Part shown: positions 1 to 8,707 of the stretch, in pieces
Layout of the letters: each line of letters begins with the position of its first letter
Position numbering within the stretch: the first letter of the stretch is position 1
Origin: a virus
Taxonomy: Duplodnaviria > Heunggongvirae > Uroviricota > Caudoviricetes
Length of the DNA stretch: 13,938 nucleotides
Virus record (IMG/VR): IMGVR_UViG_2795385844_000002
Span: 64,001 to 77,938 of that record
Strand: one strand, 5' to 3'
Position numbers and translations under genes: made by a program
The notes under the pieces: model-generated
Databases searched by the model: none
Told to the model about the DNA's origin: nothing
Seen by the model: the letters and a program-made list of their open reading frames with translations, nothing else

Positions 1-1
1 G

Positions 2-628
2 AGGTCCATCGCCCTGTGGCGCAGTATCTTTCGGAGCCTTCTGCGCAGGCGTCTTCTTGGTGTTTGACCCGCCCTCACTCAGGACGTCGAGTAGTTCTTG
101 TGCGTCGGCACGCATCGCATCTTCGTCATCTCCCGTGATACGGGAGGCGAATCGGACTGGAAGTCCAATCTCTTCGGCGATCTCACGCGCGAGATTGTTG
201 CGATCGGTAGATGCCTTGAATTCGCGGAGCTGCTGAAGCTCGTTTGCCAGAGCGGCCTTTTCAGTCTCCCAACGCTGCGCGTCGGTCTGACCAGCTGCCT
301 CAAACTGCTTGAGGCGCTCTACCTCTGCCTTTAGTGTATCACGCTCTGCGGTAAGGGGATCGAGCTTGTTCTTACGATCACGCGCAAGGCGGTCAGTGAC
401 CAGTTTGTTTCCCCACTCGGTAGCAGCTTCCTTGCTCTCGAAGCTCCACCAGTTGTTTGCCGCAGGAGGGGTGATATCCGCTCCGTCATTGCCGGAATCG
501 TCGCCTGCCCCAGCGTCATTCCCAGCATCCTCGGACCCGCCCATGATGGGCCAGATAGGGCCGCGCGAGGTGAAACCAATAGCCTTAAGGCCGGTGGTTG
601 GGTGAATGGGCATCAGTGATTCGCTCAC
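2..628 (-). CDS. Phage head scaffolding protein (partial, runs off the left edge)
   Basis: Not in the ORF track; translated by hand from GTG at 628: MSESLMPIHPTTGLKAIGFTSRGPIWPIMGGSEDAG...LKAEVERLKQFE...EIAEEIGLPVRFASRITGDDEDAMRADAQELL. It has an acidic N-terminus, a coiled-coil middle and a GLP..A.RI.G.DE..M.ADA..L motif typical of actinophage scaffolds. It sits directly after the portal and MuF genes. No stop codon before the window edge. Confidence 0.85.
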   Translation of the reverse strand, partial: MSESLMPIHPTTGLKAIGFTSRGPIWPIMGGSEDAGNDAGAGDDSGNDGADITPPAANNWWSFESKEAATEWGNKLVTDRLARDRKNKLDPLTAERDTLKAEVERLKQFEAAGQTDAQRWETEKAALANELQQLREFKASTDRNNLAREIAEEIGLPVRFASRITGDDEDAMRADAQELLDVLSEGGSNTKKTPAQKAPKDTAPQGDGP

Positions 629-679
629 TGCATTCTCTTCTCTCCGAACCGTTTTCGGTCGTTCGTGAAACCGTCCTGG

Positions 680-1801
680 CTACGCAGCCAGTTGCGAAAG
701 GCGCGTGTTCGCCCACTCCACCTGGGGAGAATTACGGCTGAATCCTGCGCCGAGGAGAGCTCGCGATCGGCTCTCAAGTTCTTTGCGCACCTTGCCTAGA
801 TCGGGTGTGGTGCGCTTGAAAGGGGTGTACTGCTCGCGGAACTTCGCGGCCTGGTCTTTGTTCGATAGCCAGTACCATTCGCGGGAAACCTTGTCCCACT
901 GATCGAAATAGAACTGAGCTTCTTCGTCGCGGATCGCTTCGTGCTTCTGTCCGAACGACTTCTCGCGCGCATAGACCGGACGCAACTGGCAGCGGCAGTG
1001 GTTGTGCACCTTGGCGACATTCGAGAAGCCTTCGGGCAACTCTGGTCCATCCTTCGGTGCGATGAAGTCCTGATCTCCCTTGGTTAGGGATCCGTTCCAA
1101 GGATTAGCTCGGCCACCCTTGAACGAACTCTTTCGGAAAACCGCTCCCCTACTTGCCAATAGGGCGCAGAACCAACAGGGGTTACCATCGGTCACGCGTG
1201 CATAGCCGATGATCTTGCGATCGGCGTACACCACGTTGCCCGTGACATTCCGGCCACCGTTCATCGCCTGACGGATCGCGGCACCCGAAGAGTTAGACAA
1301 CCCGCTGTACATCAGATCCTCTTGAGGACCCGGCATCGAAGCTTTGATCTCGTAGTTGCCGTTGATCACCAGTGATGTGGCGACATCCTTTTCAGGAAAG
1401 GGATCGAACTCAACCAGAGGCTGATGTTCCAGTGACACGGAAGGAATAAGGCTGTCTGAGAACCGCAATGGCGAGATGTTGCTCGGAACCTCCACGACCG
1501 GCACATCCATAGGCAGGAAGTCCTCAGTCGACAGTGTTGCGTTGCGGACGTCACTCGCGAACACAGCTGCGGCCCTCTGAGACTGCAGGTAGGCGGTCTT
1601 CACCAGCGGAAGCGCTGAGCTCACCCAGAGGGGCGTGGTCCTGTCGAGCTCATCGAATCGCTGAATCAGCCAGATTGGGTAGAGCTTCAAAGCCAGCCCT
1701 GCCGCGATGGCGTCCTGGTCCTCGCTGTGCTTCAGTGTGCGATAGGCGACGTATGCCTCAAGGGCCTTCAGTCCACTCCCCTGCTCCTGGGGCGCGGTCA
1801 C
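680..1801 (-). CDS. MuF-like head morphogenesis protein (often annotated as capsid maturation protease in actinophages)
   Basis: Motifs YARVTDGNPCWFCALLASRGAVF and VHNHCRCQLRPV (CxxC ... HxxCRC). Located between portal and scaffold. Its GTG start overlaps the portal stop (GTGA at 1801-1798). Confidence 0.8.
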   Translation of the reverse strand: MTAPQEQGSGLKALEAYVAYRTLKHSEDQDAIAAGLALKLYPIWLIQRFDELDRTTPLWVSSALPLVKTAYLQSQRAAAVFASDVRNATLSTEDFLPMDVPVVEVPSNISPLRFSDSLIPSVSLEHQPLVEFDPFPEKDVATSLVINGNYEIKASMPGPQEDLMYSGLSNSSGAAIRQAMNGGRNVTGNVVYADRKIIGYARVTDGNPCWFCALLASRGAVFRKSSFKGGRANPWNGSLTKGDQDFIAPKDGPELPEGFSNVAKVHNHCRCQLRPVYAREKSFGQKHEAIRDEEAQFYFDQWDKVSREWYWLSNKDQAAKFREQYTPFKRTTPDLGKVRKELESRSRALLGAGFSRNSPQVEWANTRLSQLAA

Positions 1802-3360
1802 TTACTAGCCATTCCCCGCGAGACGCCCGTCTTGTTGTTCAGCGGCCTCTGGTTGGTTGGGTTGTTGGGCCCACCGCCACCCGGGCCACCTGGGTTGGGC
1901 GCTGCCGGTGGAGGCTCTGGCTTGCCGGTCTTCGAATCCACGCCTACCGAAGTGGTGGTTACACCCACAACCTCGCGCAAGTACGTGGTGAGCGGATCGT
2001 CATCAAGAGCCTTCTTCTCCCAGGCCTCGACCTCGGTCTGCTCAACACCAGGGATGCGGTGCCATGCGGCGATCTTCGGAACTCCGAGCTGCGAGCAGAT
2101 CTTGCCCCACGCGTCAGCGAACTGAGCCAGCGAGCGAACCTCGACGTCCTGCCAGTGGACGCGTGCGAAAAAGTCAGAAGCATCCTCTTCACGGCCCTCA
2201 ATCAGGGCCGCGAGACGGAGCACCTGGGCGTGCGACTCACCCATAACTGTCTGCTTCTCGAACAGACGCTGGTAGGTCTGCTTACGAGCACCATCGAGTG
2301 CGTCAGCAGCCACATTCACGACCTGGCCGAGCAGGTTGGGTGGCAGCTGCATGACTGCCGCGAAAGTCTCTAGATCAGCCTTGTAGGCGGCAATAAAGCC
2401 GTCCATCGAGGTCTCATCCAGGGTGCCAAACCGGGCCTGCGCCTCCGAGGAGATGAGGATGTCCTCGTGCCCAATGCGGATCTTTGCCTCTTCGACCTCA
2501 TCCGAGGTATCCGGCTGCTCTAGACCGGTAGCCCAACGAACCTTGAAGCTGTTGAAGTGCTGAACCAGGAGGCGGTCGAACACCGTCTTGTCGATACGGG
2601 CCGCAAGATCAATTACCGACTCCACATCTCCCCAGCAGCGACCACGCAGGTCGATCTGGTTGACGTAGCGGACGAACGGTGGCGTGCCGTACTTGGTCTC
2701 CTCCAGCGTCCCTGCGCCGAACTTGCCCTTATCGAAAGTCAATGGGATGAAGTCACCATTGGGCAGCCACCAACGGTACTTGCCCTTCTGGGGAAGCTTC
2801 TCCAGAACGAACTGGGGGTACTCGTCAGCGTATGGATCGTCGTAAAGAGCGAAGCAATCCATAGGGTCGACGGCGCGCATGATCGCCATGACCTTGCTGG
2901 TCTCATCGACACCCTCGGTGACGCGAACGTAGGCGTATCCGTAGGTCATCACAGCGCGGTTCAGGGAGATCTGCTGCGCGGTCATCTTGTTGCGAACCCA
3001 GGACTTCCAGCCCTCAGAGTTCTCCGTCTCGCCTTCCTTGCGATAACCGTCAACGATCATCTGCTGGGCGAAGGTGGAGATCATCACCGGGATCCATGGA
3101 GTGCGAGCCATCCGCTGTAGCACCGCGCGCTCAGTGTTGCGCTTCAGTGGCCGCACAGACGGCTGCTTACCGGCACCCCAGGACTCAAGATGGGCAAGTC
3201 GGCCACGCTCGAGCTCGAATGCGGGAAACACCTTCTTGGTGATGAAAGTTTCCAGCGCCTTACCCGACAGCGAAGGATCTGGAAGATCGACTGGCGCAGG
3301 GCAGAATTCGGGTGCGTATACGTCTGACTGGTAGTAGACGTCGCTCTGGTAGACGCTCAC
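1798..3360 (-). CDS. Phage portal protein (SPP1 gp6-like)
   Basis: About 520 aa, directly after terL. Actinophage portal-like segments (ISTFAQQMIVDGYR, AVMTYGYAYVRV, LLVQHFNSFKVRWATG, ARFGTLDETSMDGF) and a Pro/Gly-rich tail. Start moved from the track's TTG 3363 to GTG 3360, which has GGAGG 6 nt upstream and a GTGA overlap with the terL stop. Confidence 0.9.
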   Translation of the reverse strand: MSVYQSDVYYQSDVYAPEFCPAPVDLPDPSLSGKALETFITKKVFPAFELERGRLAHLESWGAGKQPSVRPLKRNTERAVLQRMARTPWIPVMISTFAQQMIVDGYRKEGETENSEGWKSWVRNKMTAQQISLNRAVMTYGYAYVRVTEGVDETSKVMAIMRAVDPMDCFALYDDPYADEYPQFVLEKLPQKGKYRWWLPNGDFIPLTFDKGKFGAGTLEETKYGTPPFVRYVNQIDLRGRCWGDVESVIDLAARIDKTVFDRLLVQHFNSFKVRWATGLEQPDTSDEVEEAKIRIGHEDILISSEAQARFGTLDETSMDGFIAAYKADLETFAAVMQLPPNLLGQVVNVAADALDGARKQTYQRLFEKQTVMGESHAQVLRLAALIEGREEDASDFFARVHWQDVEVRSLAQFADAWGKICSQLGVPKIAAWHRIPGVEQTEVEAWEKKALDDDPLTTYLREVVGVTTTSVGVDSKTGKPEPPPAAPNPGGPGGGGPNNPTNQRPLNNKTGVSRGMASK

Positions 3361-4877
3361 CAAAGTCCTCCCCCACGAGGCTTACCCTCGTAGTGCTTCT
3401 TTTCGACAATCGCCTTGGAACGCAGCATGTTCAGTCCCCATAGGGCGTAGGAGATGGCGCAGACTCCGGTGATGTCGACAGTGGTATCGGCTCGGGACCA
3501 GCCCCAGCCGTTGTATTCGCCCTCGTCAATGGCGTTGCTGACTTTGCCGCCGAGGTTGTATTTGCGGGCCCCGGCCAGGCCGACAGTGATCGTGGGATCG
3601 CCAAGGTGGATAAGGGAGCCATCCTCAACCGAGTCGTAGAAGAACCCAGTCGCGGCAATAATCTCCTTAGTGCCGAACGGAATTACTTCGATACCAAGGG
3701 CTTCAAGCTCAGGAATCAGTGCACCCGCGCGTGCTCCTGACTGAATGCAAACAGCAAGTGGCGTCGGCGAATTCTTCGCCTTGTAGATCTGATCAATCAC
3801 CTCAACACACCAGGAGATGCCGCGCTCGCTCGACTCGACCTCAACCTGCTTCTTGCCGTCAGCTGTGTAGCCAGCCAGGCCGATCGTGGCATTAGAGCGA
3901 TCTGGTGCTGCATCAACAGCAAGGACGATGCGTGAAGTGATCTGGGAGACGCCAAGTTCGGAATGCTCGGAATGAACGAAACCGGCGCAGCGACAACGCG
4001 ACTTCCAGAGCTCAGCATCGATAGGAGACTTGATCGAGTTGTCGTGCCACAGGCCGAGGCGCTCACGGGCGAACTTCTTGTCGTCCATCGAGCCGCGCTC
4101 AACATTCGCAATCCACTCCTCGGTGAGGCGGATTCCCAACGCGGGGTTCGACTTGTACCACTGCTCGATGTCATCGAGCTTGCAGCCAGCATCCGCACAC
4201 CACTCGAAGAGGGCGATACGCGGATGGTGGTCCATACCACGCTCACGAGCCTTGACAAGGACCGCTGAGTCCTCGTTACCCGTAGACGAGGTGTAGATAA
4301 CCTGGGGGTTCTTACGCGCTGACAGTGCGGGGATCAATGCCGCGACCATGTCAGGATCGAGGTCGTATGCCTCATCTAGCACAACTAGATCGCCCGAGAA
4401 GCCTCGGCCCTGACCTGTACCGCGAGCCTTATAGAGCAGGCGCGCACCGTTATTCAGGATGATGCCAACCTTGCCGTTGGCGGAAGGCTTCGATCGAACG
4501 TACTTATCGAGGGCAGGACATCCCTCGATGATGTCCACCATGCGCAGGTACGACTCGTAGGCCGTATCAAAGAGGTGGGCGGTGTGGATGATCAGGCGTG
4601 TTCCGAATAGGAACAGGTGGACGATCTCCAGTGCTTCGGTGATCGCCGTCTTGCCATTTTGTCGCGGAATGAGCAAAACCGCCTCTAGCGCAGCCCACTT
4701 GCGATCCTCACGTTCGCCTAGAAGGTCACGAAGGATCAACTGCTGCCACGGATCCAAGTGGTATCCAATGGCATTCAGGAATGCGATAGCTTTGTCGCCG
4801 CGTGATCGGACATACTCTGGAACCCAGTAGTTGGGTGGAATCTGGTCACCAACGCGGACTTCACCAGTTGCAACCAC
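3357..4877 (-). CDS. terL: Terminase large subunit
   Basis: Walker A LIPRQNGKT, Walker B LVVLDEA, coupling motif YTSST, RNase H-like nuclease start LAVDAAPDRS; 506 aa; upstream of the portal gene. Confidence 0.95.
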   Translation of the reverse strand: MVATGEVRVGDQIPPNYWVPEYVRSRGDKAIAFLNAIGYHLDPWQQLILRDLLGEREDRKWAALEAVLLIPRQNGKTAITEALEIVHLFLFGTRLIIHTAHLFDTAYESYLRMVDIIEGCPALDKYVRSKPSANGKVGIILNNGARLLYKARGTGQGRGFSGDLVVLDEAYDLDPDMVAALIPALSARKNPQVIYTSSTGNEDSAVLVKARERGMDHHPRIALFEWCADAGCKLDDIEQWYKSNPALGIRLTEEWIANVERGSMDDKKFARERLGLWHDNSIKSPIDAELWKSRCRCAGFVHSEHSELGVSQITSRIVLAVDAAPDRSNATIGLAGYTADGKKQVEVESSERGISWCVEVIDQIYKAKNSPTPLAVCIQSGARAGALIPELEALGIEVIPFGTKEIIAATGFFYDSVEDGSLIHLGDPTITVGLAGARKYNLGGKVSNAIDEGEYNGWGWSRADTTVDITGVCAISYALWGLNMLRSKAIVEKKHYEGKPRGGGLW

Positions 4878-4906
4878 TGAGGGCCCAACCGTCCTTGTCT
4901 ACATAC

Positions 4907-5293
4907 TCAGTCCGGTAAAGCGAACTCCGCCATCATCTTTGCGATGGGGTCGTCAACTTCTCCCGAATTAGCCTCGGAATTTCCGAGTTTCAGTTGCGCC
5001 AACAGCTGACGCAGAGCGAGCCGCTGCTGGCGAATCTCACCCAGAAGGGGATTCACGACAATCTTGATTTCAACAGCATCAGGCGCTGTGTATTCAGCAT
5101 CCTCAGCCAGGCGGATCCACTCCGACGAGCCTGAGGCCAATGCCCCACTGAGTCGTTCAATGATGTCAGCGGTACGGCATGCCTCACCGAGAAGGACGTA
5201 TCCAGCTGGATCTAGTGTTGACCCTGCTGTAACGCCGTCCCATAGATGCTTACCCCAGTCCTTGAGCCCCTTGGGCTGCTGTGGTTCGGGCAT
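4907..5293 (-). CDS. terS: Terminase small subunit
   Basis: G..LW..V...LL.EACR.AD..ERL ... NPLL.EIRQQR..L..LL pattern typical of actinophage small terminases. Immediately upstream of terL, with AGGAAG 7 nt before the ATG. Confidence 0.8.
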   Translation of the reverse strand: MPEPQQPKGLKDWGKHLWDGVTAGSTLDPAGYVLLGEACRTADIIERLSGALASGSSEWIRLAEDAEYTAPDAVEIKIVVNPLLGEIRQQRLALRQLLAQLKLGNSEANSGEVDDPIAKMMAEFALPD

Positions 5294-5543
5294 CGCGAAT
5301 CTTCCTGTACCAGGACCAATGCGCGTCCTGTGCGTATTCCCAGGCCTTGATGTAGGTCCGCAAGCGATAGTTGGGCTGACGGTTTCCGTCCGCGCAAAGT
5401 GCTGCGTCCTGCGCCTGTAGGTCGAGGTAGTGGTTTAGCTCGGCTACGTCATTTCGGATGAGTGCACGAACATCTTCAAGCGTCAGATCGCTCCACAAAG
5501 GCTTTGTTGCCTTGTCATCGAAGCTAATTGACGGAGCGATCAC
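5250..5543 (-). CDS. Hypothetical protein (97 aa), first gene of the packaging operon
   Basis: Perfect Shine-Dalgarno AGGAGGT 7 nt upstream of GTG 5543; predicted helical; overlaps terS by 44 nt; no family recognised. Confidence 0.7.
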   Translation of the reverse strand: MIAPSISFDDKATKPLWSDLTLEDVRALIRNDVAELNHYLDLQAQDAALCADGNRQPNYRLRTYIKAWEYAQDAHWSWYRKIRDARTTAAQGAQGLG

Positions 5544-5563
5544 CAGCTGTACCTCCTGTTACA

Positions 5564-5572
5564 AGTGTATCA
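5564..5572 (-). promoter_or_regulatory. Candidate extended -10 promoter (TGATACACT) for the packaging/head operon
   Basis: Matches TGnTAnnnT. The predicted start site near 5557 coincides with the AGGAGG of the 5543 gene. No clear -35. Confidence 0.5.
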
Positions 5573-5657
5573 GCAAACTTCATAGGTAAGCCTTCATCTA
5601 CCCACATGAACCACTTTGGCGTTCATATGCTTTAAGCACACGAAGGAAGGGATTGAG

Positions 5658-5864
5658 ATGTTGAAGCCCGTGAAACGGCTCAGGAAGCGCCACCGTAAGT
5701 ACATCTGGGTGGACCGCGAAGGCACAGTGTGGGTGTACCTGAAGTCCGAGAGGAATTGGTGCACGCTCACCTGGGTCGACGGCTTCCCGGAGCTTCTGGC
5801 CACCATTGATGATGACGGCTGGCCAGACGGTCCGTTCTACCCGGTGCCGGTGTTCGATGCCTAA
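5658..5864 (+). CDS. Small hypothetical phage protein (68 aa)
   Basis: ATG 5658 preceded by GAAGGAAGG; basic N-terminus followed by WVDREGTVW; first gene of the coupled plus-strand string. Confidence 0.7.
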   Translation: MLKPVKRLRKRHRKYIWVDREGTVWVYLKSERNWCTLTWVDGFPELLATIDDDGWPDGPFYPVPVFDA

Positions 5865-6051
5865 CCCAGGCAAAGCCGCAGTAGTCCTTGCAGCGGTTGC
5901 CATCGCCCTCACGGGTTGTGAAGACAACAGGACGGACTATCAGACCCATATCGACTACGCCGACTTCTATCTGAAGGTCAGAGACAACCGCACGGTCTAT
6001 TGCGTCACCATCCGCGACGGCCTCTCATGCGACTGGGGGAACGCAAGGTGA
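5857..6051 (+). CDS. Small phage lipoprotein (64 aa)
   Basis: MPNPGKAAVVLAAVAIALTG-C: signal peptide with an LTGC lipobox; C-terminal CV...GLSCDW; 8-nt overlap with the previous gene. Confidence 0.75.
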   Translation: MPNPGKAAVVLAAVAIALTGCEDNRTDYQTHIDYADFYLKVRDNRTVYCVTIRDGLSCDWGNAR

Positions 6052-6278
6052 CCGCACAAGTACACCTCCTGGTCAAGTTTGATGGAGGTAAACCATCACT
6101 GGCACTTGGTAACTCAGGCAACAGTCGTTCATACACAAAAAAGGGCGTAGCTAAGAACTACGCCGAGTCGGTTGAAGGAGATGTTCGCATTCTTACGGTG
6201 ACGATCCCCGATGAAGGTGTGGTTGGTGAAGGCTTGTGGCCCGAGCTCCTCCCCCAGGTGGCGGTGAGCTGGTCATGA
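6048..6278 (+). CDS. Hypothetical protein (76 aa)
   Basis: GTG start overlaps the upstream TGA (GTGA); its stop overlaps the next ATG (ATGA). Confidence 0.7.
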   Translation: MTAQVHLLVKFDGGKPSLALGNSGNSRSYTKKGVAKNYAESVEGDVRILTVTIPDEGVVGEGLWPELLPQVAVSWS

Positions 6279-6550
6279 GTGAACTCAAATCCCGCCACGG
6301 CGAACCCCCACCCCCATTTCTGGGATGGAAGTGGCGCGTCAGGTGGGGAAGCTCCGAACACCTACTGGTGGAACTACTCGATGGCGGCGAGTCTGAATTT
6401 GTTGTGACAGAACGGACTGTGGATATTTCTAGCTGCACCACTGAGTCTCGTCTCCTGCAGAGTGTGCACGCAGCCATGAATGGCATGCGCACCGAGGTGC
6501 TCAGTAGCCGTGACAAGCTCGCGTGGGTTAACAAGCATTGGGGGATCTGA
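6275..6550 (+). CDS. Hypothetical protein (91 aa)
   Basis: ATGA coupling at the start and TGATG coupling at the end. Confidence 0.7.
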   Translation: MSELKSRHGEPPPPFLGWKWRVRWGSSEHLLVELLDGGESEFVVTERTVDISSCTTESRLLQSVHAAMNGMRTEVLSSRDKLAWVNKHWGI

Positions 6551-6807
6551 TGTTGAAGTGGGTCAACGCGTCCAAGGACAACCCCGGCTACAGCGTGTAC
6601 TACGCAGTCCCATCTCGAAACGCCAACATCCTCTATGTCATCCGGCAGAAGAGGAAGACAGCCGAGTTCACCCCGAAGTTCTGGCGCGCGTTCGTGCGCA
6701 CAGCCAAAGGTGAAGCCCTGAAGGTTGTTTACGCGGCTGAGACACAAGGTGAATGCAAGGCATACATCCAAGACTTGGAGGACACGGCAAATGCCGCAAA
6801 TGGATAA
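6550..6807 (+). CDS. Hypothetical protein (85 aa)
   Basis: TGATG coupling; basic, aromatic-rich protein MLKWVNASKDNPGYSVYYAV... Confidence 0.7.
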   Translation: MLKWVNASKDNPGYSVYYAVPSRNANILYVIRQKRKTAEFTPKFWRAFVRTAKGEALKVVYAAETQGECKAYIQDLEDTANAANG

Positions 6808-7003
6808 GCGAGCCAAGGAAGTGATCCTGCGAACCGCGATCACCAACCTGGATATTCAACGTGCCTCCGTTACAAGGCTTCTCACCGGCAAGCGTGGTGA
6901 TGGACGACTGAACTGCGCGCTCGAGAAGATACGGGCAGCTGAGGACGCGATGCGCGAGTGGGCCGCGAAAAATGATGTCCCTATCCGACCGATGAAGACG
7001 TAG
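6791..7003 (+). CDS. Hypothetical protein (70 aa; alternative start at 6800)
   Basis: GGAGG about 9 nt before ATG 6791; overlaps the end of the previous gene; predicted helical. Confidence 0.65.
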   Translation: MPQMDKRAKEVILRTAITNLDIQRASVTRLLTGKRGDGRLNCALEKIRAAEDAMREWAAKNDVPIRPMKT

Positions 7004-7010
7004 GAGTCTC

Positions 7011-7298
7011 GTGACGATCCAAATAAACTGCACATTAACGATTCTCAGAGAATGCACCTTTGATGTCTCTGAGCGTGAACTCGACGTGATGGTGGCCCAC
7101 GGCGTTGACGTAACGGACGAGTTCGCAGTTGCTGACTGGTACCGAGATCACCTCGACCAAGAGGTCGATGGCGTCTGGTTCCGCGACCTCCATCGCATCG
7201 CCTCGGATGATTGGCACAGTGCTGACAAGCCGGAAATTGAGGACTGGTGGCCTGAAGGCGTAGCCCCTGACCGCTTCTGGCCTAAGGATGACGAGTGA
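7011..7298 (+). CDS. Hypothetical acidic, Trp-rich protein (95 aa)
   Basis: AGGAG immediately upstream of GTG 7011; GTGA coupling to the next gene. Confidence 0.7.
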   Translation: MTIQINCTLTILRECTFDVSERELDVMVAHGVDVTDEFAVADWYRDHLDQEVDGVWFRDLHRIASDDWHSADKPEIEDWWPEGVAPDRFWPKDDE

Positions 7299-7621
7299 GC
7301 TGGCAGATAGGCGTATATAAGAACACCCTACGCATGAGCAGCGAAGTGGCGGAAGGGCTCGTCACCGTTGCGGGCGCGAATAGTCACCACATCTCCTACA
7401 GCGAGAAGGATGGACTGTCTCTAGATCCTGACGCTATGGAGTGGATGGACTTCTTCTGGGACGACTGGGCCATCGACGCATTGAACGACCCATCCGTGAA
7501 CGGAGATGTTGTATTCCTTTGCGCTGAAGGAGATCAGGCGGGTCAGATCTGGGGCTACCGATTCAAACATGGCCACATGGCGAAGCTGTCTGCGGAAGTT
7601 CGACTTCAGGAGACAGCATGA
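7295..7621 (+). CDS. Hypothetical protein (108 aa)
   Basis: GTGA and ATGA couplings at the two ends. Confidence 0.75.
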   Translation: MSWQIGVYKNTLRMSSEVAEGLVTVAGANSHHISYSEKDGLSLDPDAMEWMDFFWDDWAIDALNDPSVNGDVVFLCAEGDQAGQIWGYRFKHGHMAKLSAEVRLQETA

Positions 7622-7821
7622 CCGATCCAGCAGTAGAGGCAGTACGGCGGGCACGGCACTACCGGGCCGACTACTCATGGGAAGACAAGGTGTCGGGTCT
7701 CGCGTCTGCCCGTGAGGCTTTGAAACCGATACGGGAGTGGTATTTCGCGGCGATGGCGTACAACGCCACCATAGACGACCTCGCCCCCTTGATTTTCACA
7801 ACAGAGGAGATGAACCGATGA
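7618..7821 (+). CDS. Hypothetical mycobacteriophage protein (67 aa)
   Basis: ATGA couplings. MTDPAVEAVRRA...SAREALKPIREW resembles a recurrent small mycobacteriophage family (recognised from memory, not searched). Confidence 0.7.
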   Translation: MTDPAVEAVRRARHYRADYSWEDKVSGLASAREALKPIREWYFAAMAYNATIDDLAPLIFTTEEMNR

Positions 7822-8147
7822 CAACTACACACGTCTATCCGCCACTCACCCCGGAAGACTTCGAAACACAGTACGACGAGAAGCACCGCTACATGTTCAC
7901 CGAGGATGAGAACGGCGACATGTACTACGCCTACGGGCATGACCGGGATGGCGAATTCGTAAGGCAGTTAAGGGAATACTGCATAGAAATCGCCAGAAGC
8001 AATCCCGACGTCGCTGAGTTCAGCGAAGGGGACATAAGGCATCTGTGGGCGGTAACCGTTGAGCCAGGCCCTGAGTGGGGATTCACCTGGCGGGACATAA
8101 CTGAGAACACACCAGGGGCCTTCCCTGTGTCTGTGGTTGTTCTGTGA
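7818..8147 (+). CDS. Hypothetical protein (109 aa)
   Basis: ATGA coupling with GAGGAG upstream; C-terminal TPGAFPVSVV. Confidence 0.75.
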   Translation: MTTTHVYPPLTPEDFETQYDEKHRYMFTEDENGDMYYAYGHDRDGEFVRQLREYCIEIARSNPDVAEFSEGDIRHLWAVTVEPGPEWGFTWRDITENTPGAFPVSVVVL

Positions 8148-8163
8148 CAGAGGAGCTAGAGCG

Positions 8164-8391
8164 ATGAGTGAATACACCGTCTACTTCACAACCGTGGCGA
8201 GTTCTCCGGGGATAACCGTTGAAGCCGATGATCCCGAAGACGCCATCAACAAGGCATGGGACTCCGACGACCTTCCGAGTCTCGGGTCCATCTGTCATCA
8301 GTGCGCCCGCGACTTCGATCTCGGCGGTGAATGGGAGCCGAACGCTGTCGAATGCGACGGCAAAGTGGTGTGGTCTGAGCGAAATGAGTGA
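8164..8391 (+). CDS. Hypothetical protein (75 aa) with a CxxC motif
   Basis: GAGGAG upstream of ATG 8164; contains VEADDPEDAINKA and CHQC. Confidence 0.7.
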   Translation: MSEYTVYFTTVASSPGITVEADDPEDAINKAWDSDDLPSLGSICHQCARDFDLGGEWEPNAVECDGKVVWSERNE

Positions 8392-8707
8392 GCTTGTAGA
8401 CCGCGCTAAAGCATCCCTAGAGGGCGTAACCGAAGGGCCGTGGGAGCCGGTAGAGGAACGCGGCAATCCCGGCTACAGCCCGTTCTACGGCGTCAGGTCT
8501 GCCGGTGATCAGCCCCGCAGAGTTGTATTCGCCCAGTCCGATTGGGAGGGGTACGGCAACGGGAGTACCAAAGCTGACGCCGAGTTCATCGCCGCTGCAA
8601 GGCAGTTGGTTCCTGAACTCATCGCTGAAGTAGAGCGGCTAACGCGAGTGAACGAACGATGGGGTGTCTGGTGGGAACGTCACTCCTGTGATGGGAGGCT
8701 GCTTTGA
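8384..8707 (+). CDS. Ead/Ea22-like phage protein (107 aa)
   Basis: T.GPW near the N-terminus and DAEFIAAAR..VPELIAEVERL, the signature pattern of Ead/Ea22-like proteins; 8-nt overlap with the previous gene. Confidence 0.6.
   Translation: MSELVDRAKASLEGVTEGPWEPVEERGNPGYSPFYGVRSAGDQPRRVVFAQSDWEGYGNGSTKADAEFIAAARQLVPELIAEVERLTRVNERWGVWWERHSCDGRLL

Noticed and set aside
680-960. C-terminal extension of the MuF-like protein as a possible MuF-fused toxin
   Set aside because: About 95 aa, helical-looking, with no recognisable toxin catalytic motif and no small immunity gene between it and the scaffold.
1810-1930. Pro/Gly/Asn low-complexity stretch at the portal C-terminus
   Set aside because: Disordered tails like this are common on actinophage portals; not a discrete repeat element.
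1534-3120. Long plus-strand ORFs 1534-2373 (279 aa), 1727-2125 and 2557-3120
   Set aside because: Antisense shadows of the portal and MuF genes in GC-rich DNA; no SD and no recognisable motifs.
5544-5657. Possible cos site or genome end in the divergent gap upstream of the packaging operon; also an ATGAAC-N9-GTTCAT inverted repeat at 5606-5626
   Set aside because: Cohesive ends cannot be identified from sequence alone, and the 6-bp arms are too short to call an operator without comparison.
6193-7057. Minus-strand ORFs 6193-6846 (217 aa) and 6668-7057
   Set aside because: They run antisense across several plus-strand genes whose start/stop couplings strongly support the plus strand.
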